DNA of 64,000 bases from Eledone cirrhosa (GCA_964016885.1 OZ024740.1:106764001-106828000), one strand, 5' to 3'. Counted from the stretch's first letter, positions 13,838-26,817 are shown. Numbers and translations are program-made. The notes: generated by a model not told the origin, from the letters alone.

Positions 13838-14171
13838 TCATCATTTCATTTGACGTCCGCTTTTCCCTGCTTGCAAGGGTGGGACAGGGACTGATTCTGG
13901 CTTGATTTCTACAGCTGGATGCCCTTCCTAACACCAACCTCATTTACAGTGAGTGCTGGGTGCTTTTTTGCCGTGGCACCTCCACGACCACTTTACAGTG
14001 GAATGATAGGGACACCAGTCCCTATCATCTCATTTCTACAGCTGAGTAAACTGGATCAATGTGAAATAAAGTGTCTTGCTCAAGGAAACAACACATCACC
14101 TGGTCTGAGAATTGAACTCACAACCTTTCGATTGCAAGGCCAATGCTCTAACCACTAAGCCATCTGCCTCC
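13838..14171 (-). mobile_element. tRNA-derived SINE, family A
   Basis: Reverse complement of 493-838. Confidence 0.9.
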
Positions 14172-14187
14172 ATTTTATATATATATA

Positions 14188-14262
14188 TAAAGTTTCAGAA
14201 GATCCCGTTAAGGGTGAAAGCAGCGATTCTTTGCTTAAACTTTAATCTGTTATTTTAATAAA
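14188..14262 (+). ncRNA. Hammerhead-like motif, CAGAAGA family, isolated copy
   Basis: uaaaguuu-CAGAAGA-uccc guuaa gggu-GAAA-gca...ugc-UU-aaacuuua; same family at 38190, 48414 and 48788. Confidence 0.5.
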
Positions 14263-14353
14263 TATATATATATATATGGATGTATATATAATGTATTTTG
14301 CAATACACTTTATGCTTAATTAAAAGCATTTTGAATAAATATATATATATATA

Positions 14354-14683
14354 TCATCATTTCATTTGACGTCCGCTTTTCCCTGCTTGCAAGGGTGGGA
14401 CAGGAACTGATTCTGGCTTGATTTCTACAGCTGGATGCCCTTCCTAACACCAACCTCATTTACAGTGAGTGCTGGGTGCTTTTTTGCCGTGGCACCTCCA
14501 CGACCACTTTACAGTGGAATGATAGGGACACCAGTCCCTATCATCTCATTTCTACAGCTGAGTAAACTGGATCAATGTGAAATAAAGTGTCCTGCTCAAG
14601 GACACAACACATCACCCGGTCTGAGAATTGAACTCACAACCTTTCGATTGTAAAGCCAATGTTCTAACCACTAAGCCATGTGC
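14354..14683 (-). mobile_element. tRNA-derived SINE, family A
   Basis: Reverse complement of 493-838. Confidence 0.9.
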
Positions 14684-14692
14684 ATATATACA

Positions 14693-14720
<28 letters not shown>

Positions 14721-14723
<3 letters not shown>

Positions 14724-15450
14724 CGTCCAGAATACAACCTTTTCTTTTTCAATGCTATTCGATAATTCTGTCTGATCGTTCAAAATAATCTTCTTGTATT
14801 TTAAAATCCAATAATTCTTCCCTTATTACAGTTATATGCTCATTCAATTATGGCCAAAATTTCGTGGATTTTATTTTATAACTTCTCGCTAACTACCCTA
14901 GTTATATGTTCGTCCAATTATGGCCAAAAATTTGTGGATTTTATTCTATAAACTTCTCTCGATTTTTATTTTTATAAAATAACCTCCTCACTCGTTTAAA
15001 TATGGTCGAAATTCTAGGATTTTATAAAATAACCTTCCTGCTCCCTACTATCCCCCCCCCCCCCCCATACATTGTATACACGCCTGCTGGCTCTCTCTCA
15101 ATCCCTTCCCCTCTCTCTTCACATATAAAATAAACTGTTGCGGGGTACGAAACTCAGAATTTGTCGACCCATATTCTTGGCTACATCGCTCGCTCTTCTG
15201 TGAAATGTAATGTACGAATCCTATTTTCTCGTCTCTCCATGTTTACCTGGTCCATTCATCTATCTGTATCATATCGCCCAGAATACAACCTTTTCTTTTT
15301 CAATGCTATTCGATAATTCTGTCTGATCGTTCAAATTAATCTTCTTGTATTTTAAAATCCAATAATTCTTCCCTTATTAGTTATATGCTCGTTCAATTAT
15401 GGCCCAAATTTCCTGGATTTTATTTTATAACCTTCTCGCTAACTACCCCA
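14721..15450. repeat. Non-coding unit with ~180 bp direct terminal repeats (period ~550 bp)
   Basis: 14721-14900 is repeated at about 15272-15450. Confidence 0.8.
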
Positions 15451-15699
15451 GATCCCTCCCCTCACCCCCACTCACCACCATTATTATTTGGACAAATCAT
15501 AAGTCAGCAGCCTATGTTATCACTTCATAAGTTTAGACCTGGTTGCCTTTCGATATGATGGATGGACTACGAAATTCTGGAGAATCTGAAGAAAAAAAAC
15601 AAATCTGGACACTGTGACAAAGCCAAAGATAAAGACAAATTCAATTCATGCTGCCGGACGAGAATGCAAGGACTCCTCCTCTTTATTTAGGCCGCGGAC

Positions 15700-18600
15700 G
15701 GCTAACATAGCCCCATCCCCCTCACTGCGCCCTGTCCTTCCCACACACCAAACGCAATCCAAAACTTCAGAGTTGGTACCATGAATGTAGGTACCTTAAA
15801 AGGTCGCTCTAACGAGGTTTTAGAGATGCTTGAACGTATTGAGGTTGATGTTTGCTGTATTCAAGAGACGAGGGGGGGGGGGGGTCTGCTAGATTCATTG
15901 TGGGTAAAAAACGATGGTATAAGCTTTTCTGGGTGGGAAATGACAATGGGCTGGGTGGAGTAGGAATCATGCTAGCAGAAAAATGGGTAGATAAGATAAT
16001 AGACGTAAATAGAGTGAACGACAGAATAATTAAAATAAGACTTGTCCTCAATAGAACTACTGTGACAATAATATCTGCGTATGCACCCCAACCCGGACTG
16101 CCTGGCATTATAAAAGACAGATTCTATGAGTAGTTAATGCTCATTAACTCCCAAATAACCAACAGTGACTATATAATTATTGCTGGCGACCTAAATGGTC
16201 ACGTTGGACAACAATGTGACGGCTATGACGGAATCCATGGAGGCTATGGGGTTGGTACTAGAAATGAGGAAGGCTCCAGAATCCTGGAATTCTGTGACGC
16301 AAATAATCTAACTATCTGTAACACAAACTTCAAAAAACGAGACAATCACTTGATCACCTATAGATCAGGAGTACACGCCAGTCAGATAGATTATATCCTT
16401 ACCAGAAGACGAGACAGAGTGTCTGTTGTAAACACTAAATCCCTCCCCCATGAAGAATGCACCTCCCAACATAGCCTCATAGTTAGCGACCTCAAGTCAG
16501 GACGAGACGTATTCGACAACAGAGGAAGACTATCCTTAGGAGAAAAATATGGAAGTTAAAGGACCCCACAGCCAGTAATAAATTTAAAAGCATATTACTT
16601 GATGCTTTTGACAGTAATGAAGAGCATTTCGAGTCGTACAATATAGAGGAACAGTGGGGATTCCTGAAAGCTAACCTGCTGAAGGCGACAGATGAAGTCT
16701 GTGGCTGGAGCAGACCTATAGGCAGGAGGAGAGTAACTTGGTGGTGAAACAGTAAGGTGGAGGAGTCGATCAAGGCCAAAAAGCAGGCTTGGAAAGTATG
16801 GCGGGATGGGGGAAGTAGAGAAGACTATCAAGTGGCCAGGAGGGAAGCTAGGAGACAAGTGTACTTCGCAAGAAGGGGAGCAGAGGAAAGAAAGTTCAAG
16901 CATGTTCTACAACGCGAGGACCAAAAACGTGAGGTGTTCAGGATTGCTAGGCAATGTGTCAAGGAAAACCGTGATATTGTCGGGGAGAAGTGTGTCCTTA
17001 ATGATGATGGCGTACTTGCCATCACCGACGCTGATAAGAAGGTAGCTTGGAAGTGTCACTATGAAAGGCTAGTAAATGAGAATAAATGGGAGAAAGACAG
17101 TTTCCTCCACATCGATCCAATAGAGAGACCAACAGTGCAAGTTGGGGGTAGTATAAGTAAGGCAATCAAAGATATGAAGACGGGCAAGGCGGCTGGGCCT
17201 TCGGAAATAGTTGCTGAAATGCTGAAAGCATCTGGAACGGTGGGACACACTATGGTCACCCGGATAGTAAACCAAGTTATACAGAATGGGGTCGTACCAA
17301 AGGACTGGCGTAGCAGCATCATCATTAACTGCTACAAGGGTAAAGGAGATGCTCTAGATAGGGGAAACTATAGAGGCATTAAATTAATTGACCAGGTCAT
17401 GAAGGTCACAGAAAAAGTAATAGCGCAACTAATCAGAGAGCGAATTGATCTAGATGAAATGCAGTTTGGGTTTTTGTCAGGTAAAAGTACCACTGACGCA
17501 CTTTTCATTGTACGACAACTACAGGAGAAGTACCTAGCTAAAAGTAAACCCCTCTACTTAGCTTTTGTAGACCTGGAGAAAGCCTTTGACAGAGTCCCCC
17601 GCTCCATTATCTGGTGGGCTCTTAGAAAACTAGGTGTAGAAACAGTCAGCAAGGTTAAAATTAACAACGAATATAGTGAAGAGTTTAGCGTAAAAGTTGG
17701 TGTTCATCAGGGCTCCGTCCTTAGACCCCTCCTATTTATTATCGCCCTCCAAGCTATAACGGAGGAGTTCAAGACCGGCTGCCCATGGGAACTTCTATAC
17801 GCAGATGATCTAACGCTCATAGCCGAATCAATGGCTGAACTAGAGAAGAAATTCCAAACATAGAAGCATGGCCTAGAATCAAAAGGCCTTAAAGTTAACT
17901 TGTCTAAGACTAAAGTCCTAATATGTAGGAAGGAGAATAGGGCACTGGTCCCCTCTGGGAAATGGCCATGCTCAGTGTGTAGGAAAGGAGTAGGCAGAAA
18001 CTGCATTTTATGTCCCAAATGCAAAGTATGGGTGCATAAAAGATGTAGTGGGATCACAGGTAAGCTAACTAAGAATATAGATTTTATATGTGGCCGGTGC
18101 TCTGGTGCAATAAGTAGCAGCAAATGCCCACAGAATACTAGCTCATTTCATTGCCCAGATGGTTCTATAGAAATAGTGGACACCTTCCATTACCTGGGTG
18201 ACAAAATCAGCAGTGGTGGAGGGTGCTCCGAAAGTACTGTAGCTAGAGTCCGAACGGGATGGAAAAAGTTCAGAGAGCTTGTACCACTATTGGCCGCTAA
18301 AGGTTTCTCTCTAAAAATAAAAGTCAGGCTGTATGATGCCTGCATACGAACAGCGATGTTACATGGCAGTGAGACATGGGCCTTGTGTGCAGAGGATCTA
18401 CGCAGACTGGAGAGGAACGAAGCTTGCATGCTCCATTGGATGTGTAATAGTATTATACGTGAATGGCAAAGCATAAATGAACTAAGTGAGAAATTAGGAA
18501 TACGAGGGATCAGATGTTGTTTACTCGAGAGAAGACTACGTTGGTATGGTCACGTGATGCGCATGAAAGATGACAGCTGTATAAAAAAGTGCAGGGCGAT

Positions 18601-19145
18601 CAAAATAGACGGTAGCTACGGAGTAGGCAGACCCAGAAAAATCTGGGACGACTTGATAAAATCCGACCTCACACACTTACACCTCTCCAAGACAATGTCA
18701 CTGGACCAAGATCTTTGGCGCTATGTAGTAATACAGAAGATCCGCCTTGCCTAAGTACAAAGGGAAACCTACAGTCAGTAGGCACCTCTTAACCAAAATA
18801 CACCCCCGTCCCACTAACCTTACCCCCACCGCCATCTACACCACCCCTTTCGATGTAAAGCTATGTTGGTACCACAACATCCAGTCCTAAATAAATTAGG
18901 TCATGTAGGTGTCACGACAAAAAAACACACACAGTCCACGCTGTAATGTGGCCATGTAGGTAACACAGTAAAAACCTCCCAGTCAACACTGTAAACATGG
19001 TTGGTGTTAGGAAGGGCATCCAGCCGTAGAAAACCCGCCAGACAGTCCTGAGCAAGACAACCAATCTTGCCTCAAGTGGGACAATTCCCGTCCAGACCCA
19101 TGCTAGCGTGGAAGATGGACGTTAAACGATGATGATGATGATGAT
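15700..19145 (+). mobile_element. Near full-length RTE-X LINE (APE endonuclease + RT with internal PHD-like finger), degenerate
   Basis: APE motifs NVGTL, CIQETR, SAYAPQ, GDLNGHVG, QIDYIL; RT motifs YRGIKL, QFGF, FVDLEKAFD, GVHQGS, LLYADD; frameshifts and stops; (GAT)n tail. 5' boundary approximate. Confidence 0.92.
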
Positions 19146-19181
19146 ACACACACACATATATATATATGTATATATATATAA

Positions 19182-19864
19182 CTAGCTAAACTACCTGTCC
19201 TTTGGACGGTTCAAGTAGCTTTCGATGTAGCTCATTAAACTAAACAAAGTAAATTTGAATACATAGAAGAAAAACGTACTTTATGTAAACATGAAAACCT
19301 TAGGCACTATTCCAGCAAAATAATTAATATGTGAGCTCGGTGTCTTTTTTAACAACAGTAAAAGCGCATCATAGAGAAGTGAAGTGAATAATAGACACTA
19401 TTATGTACAAAGCATAATATTGTAAAAGTTATGACATCACTTAATGTATGAACATCAAGCTTGAAACGATAAATTATACAATGTCAAATCTATAACTTAA
19501 CTTAATAATCTGTTAGAAATTGCTGGTTGTGAAATGTACAAAATGATATTGTTAGTCTCAAGGAAGCGTACCTTTTGTTTCAAGTACAAAGAGTAAATTA
19601 AAATCGGAATGAGTCGAATTACGAAAGATAACTCTTGTCTTACTTAATCACGAAAATTCACACAAATAACCGAAACTTTTTTAATGTCTACAAGGCCCCA
19701 ATATCGATTTTTGAAAGCCTTTGTAGATCATGTACAGGTTTTGTGCAAGAAGCTCTGTAAAAAATTTCAAAGAGTTCGCATGAATGGTTTAGAATATATG
19801 AGCCCTCATTAAAAATTGTCCACACACACACATACAGAAAACTTCGTCTTTATATATATACAGA
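19182..19864 (-). mobile_element. Non-autonomous Helitron
   Basis: Minus strand starts TCtgtatatatataaag and ends with hairpin accgtcc-aaa-ggacaggt followed by CTAG, inserted at A/T. Confidence 0.7.
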
Positions 19865-19949
19865 TACAGATTAACAAATGAAACAAATGAAACACAGGAG
19901 GCATTTTTACAGTTATATTAGGTTCATGCTTGGTGGAAGTGGAATCATC

Positions 19950-21182
19950 AAACCTTGAAATCAACTTGGCAGAGACCAAAGTTCTAGTAAGCAGTGAGGA
20001 AAACAAGGCTCTGGTCCCTTCTGGGAAATGACCCTACTCGATGTGTAGGAAAGGGGGGTAGAAATTCCACCCTCTGTCCCAAATGCAAACTATGAGTACA
20101 CAAGAGATGTAGTGGGATCTCAGGTACGCTAGCAAAGAACAGGTTTTACATGTGGGCATTGCACAGGAGCAGTAAACAGCAAACACTCACAGGAAATAAG
20201 CTCTATCAAATTCTTAGAGGGTGCCATAGAAGCAGTTGACAGATTGTGTTACCTGGGGGACCAAATTAGCAATGGAGGTAAGTGTTTTGAAAGTACAGTA
20301 GCCAGAATGAGAACGAGATGGAAGAAGTTCGGGGATTTACTGCCATTGCTAGATAGGTCTTTTCCTCAAAATAAAGGGAAGATTGTATGAGGCATGTATA
20401 CGAACTGCAATGCTGCATATCAGTGAGATATGGGTGTTGTGTGCAGAGGACCTGCTTGTATGTTTCGATGTATGTGTAATAGTAATAACAGCAAAGTGTA
20501 AATGAACTGAGAGAGAAACTGGGCATAAGAGGGATCAGATACAGTGTGCAACAGAGAAGATTGTAGTGGTATGGACATGTGATGCATATGAAGGATGACA
20601 GCTGCATAAAAAGGTGAAGGATGTTCAAAGTTGATGGAAGCTATGGAGTAGGAAGACCGAGGAAGACTTTGTATGAGGTGATAAAAGCTGAACTCATACA
20701 ATTGCACCTCTCAAAAACAATAACATAGGATCAAGATCTCTGGTGTTATGCAGCAATACAGAAGACCAACCTTCCCATGGGCAAGGGTTGAAGCATACAT
20801 CTAGTATGCACCACCTTTCCCTACTTTTGCTTCCCTCCCCTACCCACGTCCAAACACTCCACCCATGCCCTAGCACCCGACCCATCGCCAGATAAGTCCC
20901 CCAGCCCCCAATCCACACTATAAAGTGATCGTTTGAGTGTCGCGACAAAAAGCGCCCAGCTCAAACTGTAATATGGTCATGTAGCTGTCACGATAAAAAG
21001 CACTCAGTAGAAACTGTTTATGTTATTGGCGTTAGGAACGACATCCAACCAAAGAAACCAAACCAGAAACAGATTCTGTATGAGCAAGACAAGACACAGT
21101 CATCTAATCTGGCTTGTCTCACAATGGGACAACTCATTTAACCCATGCTAGCCTGGAAAAAAGGACGCTAAACGGTGATGAT
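19950..21182 (+). mobile_element. Degraded RTE-X LINE 3' fragment
   Basis: Similar throughout to 17890-19140, with many indels. Confidence 0.8.
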
Positions 21183-21213
<31 letters not shown>

Positions 21214-21372
21214 CGTTTCTCAATTTGTTTAGCAAGATTTTTTATCTGAAAACGTGTGTTGAAACCGATATTGTTATACTTTGGGAGGGTCATGTTGCCA
21301 ATTGCTTTCACTCCAATTTATTATAAATTTAAAAATTTATAAATTTCCAGTTGGTTGGTTGGTTCCACAACC
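21214..21372 (-). mobile_element. Terminal pseudo-LTR fragment of the PLE family at 48981-52948
   Basis: Reverse complement of about 52755-52947 (gttatactttgggagggtcatgttgcc). Confidence 0.85.
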
Positions 21373-22110
21373 ATATATGTGGCCAATGCTCAGGTGCAAT
21401 AAGTAGCAAGTGTCCAAAGGATACTAGCTCCTTCTATTGCCCAGTTGGTTCTATAGAAATAGTAGACACTTTCTGTTACCTGGGTGACGAAATCAGCAGT
21501 GGTGGAGGGTGTTCTGAAAGTACAGTAGCCAGAGTCAGAACGGGATGGAAAAAGTTCAGAGAGCTTATACCGCTGTTGGCCACAAAAGGTTTCTCTCTAA
21601 AAATGAAAGGCAGATTGTATGATGCCTGTATACGAACAGCAATGCTACATGGCAGTGAGACATGGGCATTACGTGCAGAGGACCTGCACGGAAAGGAACG
21701 AAGCAGGCATGCTCCGTTGGATGTGTAATAGTCCACGCTGTAATGCGGCCGTGTAGGTAACACAGTAAAAAGTTCCCAGTTCCACACTGTAAATGTGGTT
21801 GGTGTTAGGAAGGGCATCCAGCCGTAGAAAACCTGCCAGATAGTCCTATATGAGCGAGACACGGTCACCCGACTAGCCTTGCCTCAAGTGGGACAACTCT
21901 CGTCTAACCCATGCTACCGTGGAAAATGGACGTTAAACGAAGATGATGATAATATATATATGTTGTTATACTTTGGGAGGGTCATGTTGCCAATAAGAAA
22001 CACACGCACCAGTTGCTTTCACTCCAATTTATTATAAATTAAATTATAAATTTAAAAATTTATAAATTTCAGGTTGGTTGGTTCCACAACCAGACGGTTG
22101 TTCATATATT

Positions 22111-22153
22111 GTCAAAGTTCTTTCGTTACACATTCTGTGACCTCTTCAGTGAC
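22111..22153 (-). ncRNA. Minimal type I hammerhead (PLE pseudo-LTR)
   Basis: Minus strand: guca-CUGAAGA-g-gucaca gaaug uguaac-GAAA-g aa c-UU-ugac; one stem II mismatch. Confidence 0.65.
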
Positions 22154-22224
22154 TGGGGATTCTTTTCTTTGTTTCTTTGATTCTTTTCAAAGAAAAAGCA
22201 CAAAACAAAGAAAAGAGATCCCCA

Positions 22225-22267
22225 GTCACTGAAGAGGTCACAGAATGTGTGACGAAAGAACTTTGAC
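22225..22267 (+). ncRNA. Minimal type I hammerhead (PLE pseudo-LTR)
   Basis: guca-CUGAAGA-g-gucaca gaaug ugugac-GAAA-g aa c-UU-ugac. Confidence 0.75.
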
Positions 22268-22415
22268 AATATATGAACAACCGTCCGGTTGTGGAACCAA
22301 CCGACCTGAAATTTATAAATTTTTTAATTTATAATAAATTGGAGTGAAAGCAACTGGTGCGTGTGTTTCTTATTGGCAACATGACCCTCCCAAAGTATAA
22401 CAACATATATATATT

Positions 22416-23253
22416 ATCATCATCTTCGTTTAACGTCCATTTTCCACGGTAGCATGGGTTAGACGAGAGTTGTCCCACTTGAGGCAAGGCTGGTCGGGTG
22501 ACCGTGTCTCGCTCATATAGGACTATCTGGCAGGTTTTCTACGGCTGGATGCCCTTCCTAACACCAACCACATTTACAGTGTGGAACTGGGAACTTTTTA
22601 CTGTGTTACCTACACGGCCGCATTACAGCGTGGACTATTACACATCCAACGGAGCATGCCTGCTTCGTTCCTTTCCGTGCAGGTCCTCTGCACGTAATGC
22701 CCATGTCTCACTGCCATGTAGCATTGCTATTTGTATACAGGCATCATACAATCTGCCTTTCATTTTTAGAGAGAAACCTTTTGTGGCCAACAGCGGTATA
22801 AGCTCTCTGAACTTTTTCCATCCCGTTCTGACTCTGGCTACTGTACTTTCAGAACACCCTCCACCACTGCTGATTTTGTGACCCAGGTAACGGAAAGTGT
22901 CTACTATTTCTATAGAACCAACTGGGCAATAGAAGGAGCTAGTATCCTTTGGACACTTGCTACTTATTGCACCTGAGCATTGGCCACATATAAAGTCTAC
23001 GTTCTTAGATAGTTTAAATGTGATCCCACTACATCTTTTCTGTACCCATACTTTGCATTTGGGACATAAAATGGAAATTCTGCCCACTCCTTTCCTACAC
23101 ACTGAGCATGGCCCTGAGGGCACCTGTGCCCTATTTTCCTTTCTACAAACTAGAACTTTAGTCTTAGACAAGTTAACTGTAAGGCCTTTTGATTCTAGGC
23201 CATGCTTCCATGTTTCGAATTTCTTCTCTAGTTCAGCCAGATTCAGCTATGAG
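22416..23253 (-). mobile_element. RTE-X LINE 3' fragment with internal deletion
   Basis: ORF 22638-23171 has the PHD-like finger and FRYLG, then jumps to the 3' UTR. Confidence 0.85.
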
Positions 23254-23733
23254 CGTTATATATATATATACAAACATTTCATCATTTCAGGTCTATTTTT
23301 TCCATGCTGGCATGAGTTGGATAATTCGCTACAGGCCAAGTCTTAATCAGAGTTATTGTCCTCATAGATGGGCTGGGAGCCTCATCTCACTCAGATACAT
23401 TCCAGTTTGGGCTTGGTTTCTACAGCTGGATGCACTTCCTAATGCTAGCCTCTTGGCAGACTGTACTGGATGCCAGTACTAGAGAGATTGTCATGTCCTT
23501 GACATGACTGAGGAGTCCTCTCAATGCTTTTTGGCATGGTTTCTATGATTACATGTCCTTCCTACACCAAACACTTTACAGAGTATATTAAGTGAATTTT
23601 ATTGTGCTACCAACACTGGGGAAGTTGTTATGTTCTCAACATGACTAGAGGGTTCTCTCCACCCTACATTTACTTTAAAATTCCCTTTTTTGAAAAGCAA
23701 GCATAGAGGGAGTTATATTTTATTAGCCCTTAC

Positions 23734-23875
23734 CAAATCAGTTGAAACCAAAACACGGCACTGAAAGGATTTCAAACTAGCCATTGCTTCATTACGTTCT
23801 TTCTGGTCTAAAGACCCAGCAATACAACAGGTGGGCCAACCTTGATCTTCCAGTTGAACAGCCAAACCCTGAGCA
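23734..23875 (-). CDS. DDX20: DEAD-box helicase DDX20/Gemin3, coding exon 7
   Basis: ag|T GCT...GAT TTG|gtaagg; AQGLAVQLEDQGWPTCCIAGSLDQKERNEAMASLKSFQCRVLVSTDL; 142 nt, phase consistent with exon 6. Confidence 0.88.
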
Positions 23876-24593
23876 CTACAGAATTAAAACAAAAACAAAT
23901 AAACATAGTTTTTAATAAAATAATGCAAATAATAATGTCACAATGCAGGTTTTACTAACAGGTTACCAAATAAGAAATATTGTTTTTATTTCATTTGCTA
24001 TATGATCCAAACTTAAAAAGGAGTCCCATGACAAAAAGTACTCAGTCCACACTGTAAAGTGGTCATGTAGGTAACAATAAAAAGCACCCAGTCCACACTG
24101 TAATTGTGGATGGCATTAGGAAGGGCATCCAGCTATAGAAACCAAGCCAGAAACAGTTCTGTATGAGCAAAACACAGTCTTCTGATCTGACTTGTAACAC
24201 AATGGAATAACTCATCTAATCCATGCTGGCATGGAAAAATTGATGTTAAAACAGTGATGATGAAATGGAATGTTATGATGTTCATGCATGTCCTGAGGAA
24301 ACTAACAGTCTAGCCTCATCATCATCATCATTTTATATCCCCTTTCCATGCTGGCATGAGTTGGACAGGTTGTCTTAGTCCGTGACTACATGAACTTATC
24401 TCTTTTGAAAGAAAGAAATCGAAATATACATAATTTAAAACAAACAGTGTTGTATTGTAAAACCCATAAAAGTTATAGGTGACTTGGAAATAAAAGGGTT
24501 AAAGAATAGTCATTTCCCCAGCAGTTGAGTTCTATTAAAAAATCTAACAAGGAAAAATATATTGTTTAAATTTCATAAAACCTAAAAACTTAC

Positions 24594-24732
24594 CCAGATT
24601 GAAGGTTTGAGAATATAAGACACTGGTTAAATTCTACTGAAGAGAGAATCTTAATGGCTGCTTTTGCACTATATTCAGCAACTTTTTGTACAAGTGGGTG
24701 GTAGGGGATTTTCATATAATACTGTTTGATAC
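24594..24732 (-). CDS. DDX20: DDX20 coding exon 6
   Basis: GIKQYY...FNQCLIFSNLQS (motif IV); AG/GT borders; 139 nt. Confidence 0.88.
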
Positions 24733-25074
24733 CTAAAAAATTAAAAATATTGATAAATGTATTTTCTTGAGGTACATATGATATTAATAATTTCAATAAA
24801 GAAACAGGAATAAATAAATGAAATATTTTGCAGATATAATTTTTTATTGATCTTAGCTGGATAAAGGATAAAGTAAACTGATGATGAGGGATGAAGTAAA
24901 GTCAGTTCATCCTCACCATCCTTTTTTTATGTGTTTTTCCATGGGTTGGACAAATTGTTACAGACTAAGTGAGTACCTAATCAGAGCTAATGTCTAGATG
25001 AGAAAGAATGTCCAAGCCAAAAGAGACAACTAGGAGAATCTGATCTCATTATTAACATTACTAGATCTAATAAT

Positions 25075-25265
25075 AATGGTTTCAGAATTAGGCACAAGGC
25101 CAACAATTTTGAGGTGAGGGGAAGGTGGATTAAATTGATCCCAGTATTACTGGTACTTTATTTTATCGAAAGGATGAAAAGCAAAACTAACCTTGGCGGA
25201 TTTGAACTCAGAACGTAAAGGGACATAACTATATGCTGCAAAACTCTACCGATACTGCCAATTCA
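25075..25265 (-). mobile_element. tRNA-derived SINE, family B
   Basis: Minus strand has gagttcaaatccgcc...gataaaataaagtaccagt; similar to 29782-29945 and 30637-30790. Confidence 0.65.
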
Positions 25266-25339
25266 TCATCCTAATAAATGACCTCATATATCATATCATG
25301 TGTGAGAGGAGGAAGTTGAACTAAGATAAATGTAGAATA

Positions 25340-26480
25340 TCCTGTTCATCATAGTCCTGCAGACAATAACGGAGGCGTTTAAGACCGGATGCCCATGGGA
25401 ACTCCTGTATGCAGATGACCTCGCACTTATAGCTGAATCTATGGTAGAACTAGAGAAGAAATTCCAAACATGGAAGCAGGGACTAGAAAGAAAGGGTCTC
25501 AAAGTCAACCTGACAAAAACTAAGGTCCTTGTAAGTAGGCGAGAAAACAGAACCCAGATCCTCTCAGGGAAATGGCCTTGCTCAGTATGTAGGAAAGGTG
25601 TAGGTAGGAACTCCATTCTCTGCCCCAAATGCAAACAATGGGTACACAAGAGATGTAGCGGGATCTCAGGAAGCTTAAATAAGAATGTAGGCTTCACATG
25701 TAGCAGCTGTGCTGAGACAGCAAGCAGCAAACAGCCACAGGAAACAAATACCACCAATCTCTGGGAGGGCTCTGTAGAAACAGTAGACAGCTTCTGCTAC
25801 CTAGGTGACCGAATTAGTAGCAGAGGTGGGTGTTCAGAAAGTGCAATAACTAGGGTAAGAACGTGATGGAAGAAGTTCAGGGAGCTACTGCTAACTGCAA
25901 AAAGCTTTTCCCTCAAAATAAAAAGCAGACTGTATGATGCGTGTATACGAACAGCAATGTTACATGGTAGTGAGACCTGGGCGCTGAATGTGGAAGACTT
26001 GCGAGGATTAGAAAGAAACGAAGCCTGCATGCTCCGATGGATGTGTAATAGTAATATATGTGAACGGCAAAGCGTAAATGAATTGAGAGAGAGACTGAGC
26101 ATAAGAGGAATCAAATGCTGTGTGCAGGAGAGGCGGTTGCGTTGGTATGGACATGTGATGCGTATGAAGGATGACAGCTGCATAAAATATGCCCCCACAC
26201 CTTCCCACTGCAAAGTGGTCATGGAGGTGCCACGGCAAAAAAGCACCCGGCCCACACTCTAAAGTGGATGTGTAGGCGCCACGGAAAAAAATACCCAGCA
26301 CTCACTGTAAATGAGGTTGGTGTTAGGAAGAGCATCCAGCTGTAGAAATCAAGCCAGAATCAGTTCCCGTTTGAGCAAGACAAGGTCAGTCGACCAGACA
26401 CTGCCCACAGCAGGACAACCCGTCTAACCCATGCTAGCGTGGAAGAACGGACGTAAAACGGTGATGATGATGATGATCAT
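25340..26480 (+). mobile_element. RTE-X LINE 3' fragment in DDX20 intron
   Basis: GCPWELLYADD, PHD-like finger, RRLRWYGHVMR, 3' UTR and GAT tail. Confidence 0.88.
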
Positions 26481-26817
26481 CATCATTATGTCCTGCTCAG
26501 AAACACAAATAAACACCAGTGGATTGAACTTGTGACCCATCAACAGGTAATCCAATACCGTATCCACTAAGCCCTATTACCTCTACACCACAGACCAACA
26601 AGGGAGTCTCATAGGATTTCTTTATGACAGACCTAGAGCTAAATAACAACCACCTCTGAACCAGATGTTCAGAACAATAAAACAACCTCTAAACCAGATC
26701 TTCATAATGATAAAAAAGAATAGTTTTTTTAAATGTTATAAATAAAAATTGATATATTTATTCAATGTTATAAATTGCTCTAACTAGAAATTAAGAAGAT
26801 AAACGTCAACCATTTAC

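Larger units (their letters stand above)
21374..22992. repeat. ~1.6 kb near-perfect palindrome (RTE-X fragment + PLE pseudo-LTR)
   Basis: 21374-22176 is inverted at about 22203-22992; ORFs 21351+ and 22638- mirror each other. Confidence 0.92.

Noticed and set aside
19095-19135. Hatchet-ribozyme-like GACGUUAAA in LINE/SINE tails
   Set aside because: Only a short word matches; the other hatchet elements were not found. Explained as the LINE 3' recognition end.
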